This document shows positions 35,434 to 47,194 of a DNA stretch of 64,000 bases, one piece after another. Every line of letters begins with the position of its first letter. Positions within the stretch are counted from its first letter, which is position 1. Made by a program: the position numbers and the translations under genes. A model generated the notes under the pieces. It was not told the origin of the DNA, did no database searches, and saw only the letters and a list, made by a program, of their open reading frames with translations. Where the stretch lies: positions 620,001 to 684,000 of the forward strand of contig MCFH01000019.1 in assembly GCA_002104945.1 (NCBI GenBank). Reading direction: 5' to 3'. Source of the DNA: Piromyces finnis finn. Its lineage: Eukaryota; Fungi; Neocallimastigomycota.

Positions 35434-37030
35434 TTCTAGATAGCAAATTAAAAGCCAAGTACGGGATAGTCATTCTGGATTCTGGATCGTCAGGAAACTG
35501 TATAGGTTCAAACCTTTTAAGTTCCTTAAATATAAAAAAATATCCGAATAATACAATTCATACACTACAATCAGGTGAAACAATTACACAAGTAAAAGAA
35601 AGCTGCTACTTAACCATAGGAATAGAACTAAAGAAAGATTTATACTTTTTTACTAATGTGAAGTTAAATATAATCCCTACAGACGGACCTACTTACCATA
35701 AGAAAAGAAATTTCTATTATGATAAAATTATCCTTAACGATGATCTCCTCTATTCAAAATGAAGAAGTTAAAAATCGACGCTAACTACTACCCATACTTC
35801 CTGAATAAGAGCGAAAACAGAACAGATGAAGCGAAATCTATATTATTAAAAAGAGAATACGTAGAAGATCCGGAATGGGACAAGAAATATCTAGATAAAA
35901 AACATAACATCATCTTGAATAATAAAGAAAAACATGATAATGATGCAGAAGTACATAATACCGAAACTATAGAACTTTCAAATGCTCAGAAAGGGAAAAT
36001 TGAGCAAGAACTTCTAAAACAAAAACAACAAAATCAAAGCTTTGTGATCTCTACAGATCATAAGAAAGGACTAGGTGAGTACTTAATTAAAAACATTGAA
36101 AACCTACCAGAAGAACTAAAGGGATACAAAGAAGTCTTTGAAACACCTCCGGAAGGAAAGTTTTTTAACAGGATAATAAGCAGACTTAACGCTTACCTTC
36201 CTTATAATAAAGAAAAGGTAAAAAGACTTCCAATGATGCCCCATATTAAGCTAGACCAGGAACAAGAAGAAGCCCTTGAGAAAGAATTCTTAGAACTAGA
36301 GAAAAATGGAAAAATTGAAAAGGTACGCGCTAGTGTCGCTTGTAACGTATTCAATGTCCCTAAAAAAGATGGAACATACCGAACAGTATTTAATTATGTG
36401 ATGGTTAATAATTGTCTTTATCACAACAATTATCCCATTCCCCGTATTATTGAATTAGTACACAGAGCTGCTAGATTCAAATATCATATCTTACTCGATT
36501 TACGAAACGCCTATAATCAAGTATACTTAGAACCTAGATATCGATTCTTAACAAGTTTCAGATTTAAAAATCAAACTTATCAGTGGAAGGTTTTACCATT
36601 TGAGTTATCCACGGCCCCCTCAATCTTTCAATCTATACTAAATTTACTTTTAAACAAATATTTAAATAAAGGTATTGACATTTATCTCGACGATATACAT
36701 ATATACGCGGACTCAAAAGAAGAATGCTTAAAACTTTGTGCATATACTCTAAAGAAATTCAAAGAACAAAATTTTTATTGTAAACTAGAAAAATGTATTT
36801 TCTTCCCAACTACCTTTGAATGTTTAGGATATAAGATAGGCTATAATAGTATTAAACCAATATCTACGAAATCATTAGACATCAAAAAATGTTATTTTCA
36901 AAAAGAATACCAACAACTTTTTGGTTTTCTTAACTACTTTAAGGATTATGTCAAGAATTTCACTGAGAAGACCAAAAATATTTCACTTAGACTCTCCAAC
37001 AGTACTACGAAATGAACTCAGGAAATGGAT
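35412..37030 (+). pseudogene. pol: Aspartic protease + reverse transcriptase (retroelement copy 2), truncated before RNase H
   Basis: VILDSGSSGN; VPKKDGTYR, LLDLRNAYNQ, VLPFELSTAPSIFQ, YLDDIH. Confidence 0.92.
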
Positions 37031-37124
37031 TAATACTGATTGGGGAAGAATATGTTTAACCACTAAAATGATGATTACTCGGAAGGTATAATTATTTGAG
37101 TAACTGTTATTTATTTTTATACTC

Positions 37125-37614
37125 TTATAATAAACTCGATAACGTTCGTGTTAGGTTTTAAAATATTTTTTATTATAAGAATGTTTTATTAATGTTAAAA
37201 GTGTATCAATTTATTTATGTTGTTTATTATAATTTCTTATAATAATAACTCTTGATTTTCAAATGAAACTCAAGAGGTCTTTTTATATAAAAACTTAAAG
37301 AATAAAAGAAAGTTCTAATCTTAATAAATTTCTTTTCTAGAAAAAGATTAGAAGAAAAAACTAGAAAAGTTTCGATTGATAATCTATTCTTATCAATCAT
37401 TATATTATTAGATAAAACCGAATGGATTCGGGAAAATTCTAATAATCGATTTTTTCAAAATACAATAATTTACATTACATTTAAAATACATTACGTATTA
37501 TAATAAAATTTAATAAAATTTAATAAAATATTAAAGGTTAAATAAAAAATATAATAAATTAATTTTAATAAGAAATATAGATTATTTATTATAAAATAAA
37601 TCTAATTTCTTATA
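37125..37614 (-). repeat. Partial LTR of the 26403-32114 family
   Basis: Near-identical to ~26600-27084; left end truncated. Confidence 0.9.
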
Positions 37615-37621
37615 GATTCTG

Positions 37622-38069
37622 TGTAAGAAATATAGATAAATTCTATATAATTTATCTATTTTCTTATTAATTAATATTTATTGTAATATTTATTATTTAA
37701 TACATTAATTAAATACATTGATTAAATACATTGTTTTATTACATTAATTTAGTTGTATCATTTTAACCAATCCATGTATAATGTATTAAATTAATTTAAA
37801 AGAATAATCTTGATTCTCTTTTTAAGAAATCAAGAGTTATTATTATATAAATTTATTGATAAATAAAGTATTATTATTAAAAAGGAATATTTTGTTTAAA
37901 GTGTGTTTTTATATTTATGTGTTAATATTAATATTTTTATTTATTAGTATTTTTATATAATAAACTCGAAATTAATATTTTAATTTTCTTTCTCAAATTA
38001 GTAATAGTTAATTATTTAATTATTATTAATTTGTAGAAGTTATTTATAATTCATAAGTAACTTCTTACA
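37622..38069 (+). repeat. Solo LTR (family D, related to I; TGTAAGAA...TTCTTACA)
   Basis: TSD TTCTG (37617-37621 / 38070-38074); contains the CAAGAGTTATTAT self-primer motif. Confidence 0.85.
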
Positions 38070-38072
38070 TTC

Positions 38073-38160
38073 TGATAAATAATGAAATCAATAAATATAA
38101 AATTATTATTATACCTGATTTTTAAGTTAACCCTAAAAGTAACTTAAAATAAGTTATAGT
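38073..38160 (+). repeat. 5' fragment of LTR family C
   Basis: TGATAAATAATGAAAT...GTTAACCCTAAAAGTAACTTAAAA, preceded by ATTC once LTR D is removed. Confidence 0.8.
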
Positions 38161-38506
38161 TTATTTTATTTTAATATTATTTTAATAATATTTCAATAAT
38201 AATTAATTAAATAAATTATAATACATAATAGTATAGTATTAATATAGTAAATTGATATATAAATATTATATATTATATAAATATTTTAAATAAGAAAAGA
38301 ATTTTATAAATATATCATAGACTAGATAAATAGTTATTAATATTATAAATAAGATAGTTGAAATAATAATTAATAATAATAATAATAATAAAATAGGTAT
38401 ATATACATTAGGTATATATACATAAAAACAAATATATAATAAAAATAAATTAAATTAATAATAAATAAAGATTTAAGTATATATATATAAAAAATATACA
38501 TACACC

Positions 38507-39310
38507 AAAAAAAAAATTATAAGTATAAAACTTTATAAATAAAAATACTTGAAAAATATACTAGAAACGTATAGATTCATATACAGAATTTCAGTGTACA
38601 AATAACTAGTTTCAGTTGGTTAGAAACTATAGCTGTTAATTGAAGTATTTGTAAAAGTAGGATGAGTGTGAATAGCATGCTTACTTGGGGGAAGGGATTG
38701 TTAGTGTGATAAAAAGCACGCAATACAGGACTCTCTAGTTGAATCTTTAACATACTCTGGCGAATAAGGAACTTTAGTCACCGAAGGCTAAAGGTTTATC
38801 GTGAAGGTAAAGCGACATAAAAATATATAGTTTTAATTTATTTTGAGGTCTAGTATATCACCTCTAGTTAGTAGCTTTTTCGGTTAATTAAATTGTTGTA
38901 AGGCATTATAAAGCAAAAAATAAATCCTGTAAATAAAGTTTTATATTTAATTATTTTTTTTAAGAAAAAGAAATACATAAATTGTAATTATAAAATATAA
39001 TCATCGGTCAAATAAAATTAAGAGTATTGTTATAAATTTTAAATAATAAAAGCAATCATATTGAGTTGTCTTTTTTAGTTAATTTTCAGCGAAAAATAAC
39101 TTTTGTTTATTTTTCGGTTAATTAATTACTGAGATAATTAAAGTGTTTTATAGTAAGTTAGTAAGAGTGCAGTTTTATCACATATCGTGGGGGAGTAAAG
39201 CGCTAACTAATAAGTAAATATTACACCACTTAATATTTATGACGGTTAGTTAGTGGAGGTCGAAAGGCACGGTGACGAAACTGTCGGGTACTCTGAAGGT
39301 ACTATAATAA
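38507..39310 (+). other. Relatively GC-rich, hairpin-rich non-coding repeat (candidate structured RNA)
   Basis: No ORF; several short stems; 38507-39113 recurs inverted at 52690-53348. Confidence 0.45.
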
Positions 39311-39739
39311 CATTATCAATATTATTTTCTGTTTTATAATAAAGAAATATAAATAAATATCCTACTCTAAATTAAATATTTTTTTTAACAATACTAATAA
39401 ATAAATAACTTAATATAAATAAAATATATTCTTAATATTTTCTCAAAAGTAAAATCTTCTTTATTACAATAAAACTAAAACAGATATCTACAAGTGTCTA
39501 CAAATAACAACCAATTATTTCTTCTTTTATATTAATAAACATTATATAATAATATATTTTATTAAAAAATATAATAAATAAAATACCTGTAAATAAAATT
39601 ATATTATTGTAAATAAAGATTATTGTAAATAAAAACATATTATTGTACTTATAACTAAATTGTTGAGAATAAATAAAAATTGAACTTTTAAATAAAATAT
39701 TAAAATAAAATTAAATAAATAATATAAAATAAAATATTA

Positions 39740-42700
39740 TAAAGTGATTATTAAAATTACAAAAATATTAACTAAACTATATAATATTTCTTTATTAATG
39801 ATAATAATGATTAAAATAAGAATATTTACATGTATTTATATTTTCTTTTAAATTTAAACTATTTACATTAAAATAATAAAATTAATAACTATTTACAATA
39901 AAAGTAATAAAAGTAATTAGAAATAACAATAAAAGAAATAATTAAAAGTTAAAGAATATAAAAAGTTGATTATTTTACAATTAATTAAAGTAATAATTAT
40001 TTTTAATGTTTTAATAAAGGTGTTTAATTATATTATTTTATAACATGAATTATTATATTTGTTTACTTTTAAAGTGTAATTTACTAACGAAGTTATTGAA
40101 TATTTAATTTAACAATTAATTTAACAAAAGTTATATATTTTGATCTCGATTAATTAAAGTTTATTATTTTCTTTCAATAATCAAAATATATGCAGTGTTA
40201 AGGATTAATTTTATTTTAGGATTTTGGTAAAGTACTTAATTAAACTATAACTTGTTTTAAGTTACTTTTAGGGTTAACTTAAAAATCAGGTTTAATAATA
40301 ATTTTATATTTATTAATTTCATTATTTATCAGTTTCTCGGCCTTTTAAGAATTAACTTCGTCCCTTGAAGTTAAATTTTGTTCTGGTAGAACATAAGGAA
40401 AAATATTTTTAATATGTACATTTCTATCAAGTAGTTTTCCTGTATGTGGATCTTCAAGTACAACAGTATTAAATTTTTGTTTATTAACAACTTTATAAGG
40501 ACCATAAAAATAAGGATTTAATTTACTTCTTCCTATTAATCTTATCATAACATAATCACCCGGTTTATAAGTTTTCTTTAAAGCTCTGGATAAACCTATT
40601 CTATGTTCCCAATATTGATTAGCATGATTAGAATATTCAGTAGCTTGTTTTACCCAATTTTGATGCCTTAAAAATCTTCTAAAAATATATTCTTCTTCTG
40701 TTTCATTAGGATCTTTATAAATATCAGGAAACATTATTTCTAATGGTCATGTGTCTCTTCTACCATATAATAGTTCGAAACTATTAAACTTAGTTTTTGA
40801 ATTTTTGGTAGTTCTAAGTGCCCAAAGTGCAGATGGTAAATATTCATCCCATTTGGATTCATTTTCAATTAAGAGTCTTAAAGTTTTTCCAATTTCTCTA
40901 TTACGATTTTCAATCATACCATTTGATTCTGGATGATGAGGAGAAATAAAATGTACCCATGATCCATATAAATCAATCATCATTTAGTAATATCAGAAAT
41001 AAATGAACTTCCATTATAAGTAACAATAATTTCTGGGGGTCCATGTCTTGTTATTACTTCTATTAAAAATTTTATTACTTCTTCAGATTTAATATTTGAA
41101 ACAGGTTTTGCTTCAATCCATTTGGTGAAATAATCAACAAGAGTAATTATATAAGAATTTCCTTGCTTAGTAATTGGTAATGGACCTACTATATCAAGTC
41201 CAACTCTAGTAAATGGTTGTTCAACTGGAGTAATATTATCTTCAACATTTTTAGGTAAATGTTTAGGTTTGCAAAGTTGACATTTTCTACAGGACTTTAC
41301 CCACATTCTTACATCATTCCAAATACCTTGCCAATAGTAAGATTTAAAAATTCAGTTTGTGGTCTTTTCAGTACCTTCATGGCCAACAGAATGAGCACGA
41401 CTAATAATATCTTATTTATATACATCTTTATAAATAATTTTAAGATATAATTCATCTTTTTTGTAATAAAGAGTATTATCAACAACTTGATAATTCTTTG
41501 TAAAATATTTTTTATTCCTTCAGGTAGGTCTAAATCTCTTGGATTAAAATCAGACAAAATTGCATAAGCACAATTTACTATTTCATCAGAATTTTTAGAA
41601 GGTAATCTTGAAAGGGCATCAGCAAAAACATTTTTCTTTCCTTTATCATATTTTAATTCATTTTTATATTTGTTAAATTCTTCGATCCATCTAGCATGTC
41701 TACCTTATGATGGGATATTCTTTTTATAAAATCCAAGTAATGGTTTATGATCGGTAATTAATATGGTAGGATTTTTATTACTTATAATATATTGACGAAA
41801 TTGTAAAATAGCATAATATATTGCTAATCCTTCAAGATCAGTAACAGAATAATTCTTTTCTGAAGTAGATAAAGTACGACTAATACAACAAATTGGATGT
41901 TCCAATTTGTCCCCCTCCACCTGTAAGAGTACAGCACCAATGCCATTAGTTGATGCATCGGTACGAATAATAAATTCTTTATTAAAATCAGGATAACTTA
42001 AAATAGGATCACTTAATAAACATTGTCGAATATCTTCAAAAGCATCATTACATTTTTGTGACCAAATATATTCTTGATCTTTCTTTAATAAATTAATAAG
42101 AGAATTTGCTCTAATAGAAAAATTTTGAATAAATTTGCGGTAGTAACTAGCTAAACCTAGGAATGATCTTAGTTCATTAACATTTCTTGGAGCATTCCAT
42201 AAAGCAATACTTTGAACTTTAGAAGGAACAGTTTTTAATCCGTTAGGTGTAAGTACATGTCCTAGTACTTCTACCTTTTCTTGAAAGAATTTACATTTTT
42301 GTAAATTAAGAGAAAGATTATATTTAGATAATATTTCAAAAACTTGTTGTAAATGATAAAGATGTTCTTCTGGTGATTTAAAATAAACAACAATATCATC
42401 GATATAAACAAAAAGACATTTACCAATTAATGGTAAGAGAATCCTATTCATTTCTCGCTGGAAAGTAGCTGGAGCATTAGTTAAACCAAATGGCATTACT
42501 TTAAAATTATAATTACCAAATTTTGTTGTAAAAGCAGTTTTCTCAATATCATTTGGGTTCATAGGAATTTGGTGGTAGCCGGAATATAAATCTAAAACAG
42601 AAAATATTTTTGCACCATTAACAGAAGAGATTAATTCATCAATAAAAGGAAGTGCATAAGAATCCTTAATAGTAATTTCATTAAGTCTTCTATAATCAAT

Positions 42701-45090
42701 ACACATTCTCCATTTACCATTTTTCTTTTGTACAAGTAAAACTGGAAATGACCATGGAGAGTGAGAAGGAGTAATTAAACCTTTATCAAGTAATGAAAGA
42801 ATTTCACTTTTTAAAATATCAACATGTTCCTTAGATAATTTATAAGGTTTTAATTTTATTGGTTTATAAGTAGTAGTAATTATAGAATGAGGTTCTAAAT
42901 CCGCAGTAGTTAATTGAGACATTGATGTAGCCATACAATTTTTATATTTATTTATTATATGTTCAAATTCTGATTTAATATTATCGGGTATTGAATTTAA
43001 GATTCCTTTAATGTATCTTGAAATTCTTGGTTTTCTTCTTTTGAAATAATTATAGAATTTATTAAGGGAATATCATTAGTATCATTATCATTACTATTGA
43101 TAATATTTGTAATTTTCTTTAAACCTTTTTTAGTTTTCTGATAGATATAATCATCATCAGGGTCAATAAATAAACTATATTTCTTTTGAATACCTCTTCC
43201 AAAAATTATATCAAAGTATGGATTACTTTGTTCAATAATATAAAATTTTTCTAAAATAGTACAACAATTATTAATATTTATTTTTAAAGTAGTAAAAACA
43301 TTTATAGGAACAATAGTACCATTAGCAATAGTTATATTTTGCTCCTCATCACTTTTTTCAATATTTTTATTAGGTAATTTATTAAAACCATTTGTAGTTA
43401 TGATAATGACATTTGCGCCAGTATCGTAAAGATTTTTTAAATATTTTCCATCTATATCACCAATTATTAATGGAATATTAGAGTTATTAAAGTAGTACAT
43501 CACTTTTTCAACTTTGGGTTTAAAACCTTGTTTTAATTCTTTTCTAAGTGATGGACTAGCAGAAAGTAATTGGGAAAGACTTATTTTTGGATATAAATTA
43601 TTTGCTTCTTTAATTATACTAAATTTATCTTTGGTTTTTAACATTTGTATTTCTGTCATATTTCTTTTTGTGGTTACTTTGGGTTTGACAGAATTTTTCT
43701 TTACTTTTACATCACTTGTTTCATTATTATTTTTAAAAGTTTCTTCATTGGTAGAATCATTAGAGTTATTAATTTCAATAGGTTGGATATGTTCTTTTGT
43801 ATTAGTAACTTCTTCTAAAGGTATTTCATTTGTATTATTTTGTTCTTCTTCACTTTCTATTTCTATTTTTTCATCTTGATCTTCACTTTTATTATTCGGT
43901 GATATTTTATTTTTATCTAGTGTTTTAACATTTATTTTCTTCTTTTGAGCCGCATTAATAGAATAAATATTTTATTAGAGAATTAGAATTTATTTGTATT
44001 TCTTGTGTATTTTGTGAACTGTTTGCTATTTTAGTTTTTATGGGAGATTGCTTACTCCCATTATTTAGTTTAAATGATTGTATTCGTCATCTAATTCTGG
44101 ACAATCATTCATTGTATGACCTATTCTTTTACAATTTAAACAAACATTAATTTTTAGGTCAGCAAGCTTTTGAGTTATTTCTTTTAGCTCATCCTCATTA
44201 TTTTGTGGATATTTAATGTACTTCTTTGCTCAACATTTTGGTTAATATTATTAAATCTTGAATAATTATTATTATCATTATTGTAGTTGTTATTTTGAAT
44301 ATTACTGTTATAATTATTATTTCTGTAATTACTAGTATAATTTCTGTTATTATAATTTTTATAACTATTTTGAGTGGTATTATTGTTATTCATTCGGTTG
44401 TAACTATTAAAATTATTTGAATATGTTCTATCATTATTTCTTTGAGCATTATTATCATTTGGAGACCTTTTAGAATTAATGGAGATCCTTATTTTAGGTC
44501 TATTTTTTTCAACTATATTATAAATTTTCTCTTTTTTAATAGTAATGTTTCTGGCTTCTTCTAAGCTTTTTGGTTCAGCTTCTAATAGTGCCTCATAAGT
44601 CTTGGTAAAGTTTCTAAAAGCATTAATGTAGTATGATATAACAATTTCATTTGACATTTTTAGATTTGTTTTATTTATTAGAGAGTCATATTTAATATTG
44701 AATTCAGATACTTTTTTTTCTTTATTGTAATAATAGATAATTCTAATAATCTAGAATTCTTTGGTATGGAACCTTTAAAATGATTTTTAAGGTTTTTGAT
44801 GATGGTATCATAGTCATCTAGTGTTTCTTTGTTTAATGCATTAACTACAATTGTTCTAGCTGTACCCGTAGTTAATGATATATGGTATTCTAGCTTTTCT
44901 TGTTCTGGTACCTTATATAAATTACACCAATGTTTAAAAGAAAATTCCCAACCATCAAATTCAACCTTTGTTGAACCCAAAATAGGTATTCTATTAAAGG
45001 TGATACCTTTAGTAGTTTTATCTATTATTATTTTATTTTTACTTTATAATATTTTATTTTATATTATTTATTTAATTTTATTTTAATATT
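39740..45090 (-). mobile_element. Ty3/Gypsy element (paralog of 56956-63827), degenerate, with partial 3' LTR (family C)
   Basis: Gag with CLNCKRIGHTMNDC knuckle, PR (LYDTGAN), RT (YIDD), RNase H, integrase, GPY motif; purine tract then TGATAAAT LTR starting at 40331. Confidence 0.92.
44040..44074 (-). promoter_or_regulatory. -1 programmed ribosomal frameshift signal (gag-pol junction)
   Basis: T TTA AAC in the gag frame, 6-nt spacer, then ATGGGAG-TAAGCAAT-CTCCCAT hairpin. Confidence 0.75.
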
Positions 45091-45094
45091 TTAT

Positions 45095-45500
45095 TTAAAA
45101 GTAAACAAATATAATAATTCATGTTATAAAATAATATAATTAAACACCTTTATTAAAACATTAAAAATAATTATTACTTTAATTAATTGTAAAATAATCA
45201 ACTTTTTATATTCTTTAACTTTTAATTATTTCTTTTATTGTTATTTCTAATTACTTTTATTACTTTTATTGTAAATAGTTATTAATTTTATTATTTTAAT
45301 GTAAATAGTTTAAATTTAAAAGAAAATATAAATACATGTAAATATTCTTATTTTAATCATTATTATTATTAATAAAGAAATATTATATAGTTTAGTTAAT
45401 ATTTTTGTAATTTTAATAATCACTTTTATAATTAAATAAATAAACTTTTAAATAATTAAATATTAGAAATTAGAAAAACGAGTGTTTCTAATAAAACAAT
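45095..45500 (+). repeat. Internal fragment of LTR family C, inverted relative to the adjacent element
   Basis: Matches the reverse complement of ~39745-40075 and matches 25845-26250. Confidence 0.8.
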
Positions 45501-45669
45501 TTAGTGTTAATAATTTCAAATATTAGAAATTTTATACTTTGAAATTTTATAAAATTTAAAAAATAAAATTTTTCACATTTTCAAATTTTCAAATTTTAAA
45601 AAAAATTTTAATTTTTTCCATGTGTCCAAATTTTTTAAATTTTTATATATGTTATTATGACATTATTAA

Positions 45670-46176
45670 TGATACAATAAGAATATATTATCTTAATTCT
45701 ATAAATGAATATAGAAAGTGATAATATCTGTATCTAAAAAAAATATTTAATAAATAAAAATAAAGAAAATAAAAATAAATGTTTTTTATACTTGTTCATT
45801 TTCAAGTATTAGTTAGTTTTATAAAATAAGTTTATTTAATTATAAATTTTGATATTTAATAACTCTCGTATTATTAAATATATATATATTTTATTATTAA
45901 TACATCTCGTATGTATATGAATATAATTATAAATATTATTTTAATAAATTTAATATTATATAATTTTGAGGGATTATTAGGAATAATTTTAAAAAGAACA
46001 TTTTCTATTACTATTTATACAAAATTATTATTTTAAAGTATAACTATAAACAAATATAAACTATTTAATTTAAAAAGAATTAAACAATTAAATAAACGAA
46101 AAGTTTACATTTATAATTTTTAATTTAATAATTTTATACATGTTAAATATTTTAATTTTAATCTGTGTTTTAAATA

Positions 46177-46212
<36 letters not shown>

Positions 46213-46243
46213 GTTTATTATTTATAAATTTAATTATTTATCA
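45670..46243. repeat. Solo LTR (family H)
   Basis: TGATAC...TTATCA; 4-bp TSD TTAA; homologous to 3504-4084. Confidence 0.85.
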
Positions 46244-47194
46244 TTAATGATAAATAATAATTATAAATATATTATAAATTTGATATTTGTAGAAAATATT
46301 ATTATAAAATAATTATCAAATAGTTTTATATAGCTTAGCAACAAAGCATAATTTACATAAAATCAAATATATTATAAATTTATATATTTGATTGGGTTAA
46401 ATTATAAAAACATTTTTTCCAACCTAGTTATCTTTAACCTTTTATTTAATTTAATATTTTAATATTAAATTATAAGTTTAGTAAAACTTTTACAATGACC
46501 TAATCCATTATTGTTCCTAAATGTATGAAAACTTTACAATATACTTATTTGTAAATTAATGTATACACTTAAATTATATTTAAAATTATTAATAATTATT
46601 TTTATTGAACTTAAATTTTATTTTGTTAAACTTTAATATTAATTTAGTAATAATAATATATTGAAAATTATAGTTTATTGAACTTTTAGTTTAATTTATC
46701 AAGTTAATGAATTTTTATTAATTAAAATTATGAATAATATTTCTGTAAACTAGTAAAATTCTTTAGTTAAATATATTTGAAGTAAACTTTTAATGTATGT
46801 TAATCAATTTAATAATATGTATAAATATTTATTATAATAGTAATGTAATTTTATTATTAATTTAAAAGTAATTTAAATACTAAAATTAATGTAAATAATT
46901 AAAGACTAATTCTTATGATTAATACTACTTAATTTTTTACAAAAAGAATAAAAAGGTGTATATTACAAAAATTAGAGAATACACATATATTTTTTTATTT
47001 TATTTTTATAATTTTATATTTATATCCTAATAAAACAAATTTATAAATAAAACAATTTTTCTTATTTCATTTTAATATTATTTTTGAGTATTAATAAATT
47101 TATTAATATTTTACAAATAAAATTAAATTCCTCAAACCGTAACATTTATGATTCGTTACAATAATACTTTTTTAGTGCATTCAGCCGTTCAAAT

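Noticed and set aside
35759-37015. DIRS/Ngaro assignment of this retroelement
   Set aside because: It has an aspartic protease and a Gypsy-like RNase H start; no tyrosine recombinase or inverted termini are seen. Left unclassified.
37030-37100. Further RPB2 fragment (INTDWGRICL resembles WGxxCP)
   Set aside because: Too short, lacks the PxETPEG continuation, and is far from the viral cluster.
39230-39310. Hammerhead ribozyme
   Set aside because: GAAA is present, but no CUGANGA core is correctly placed.
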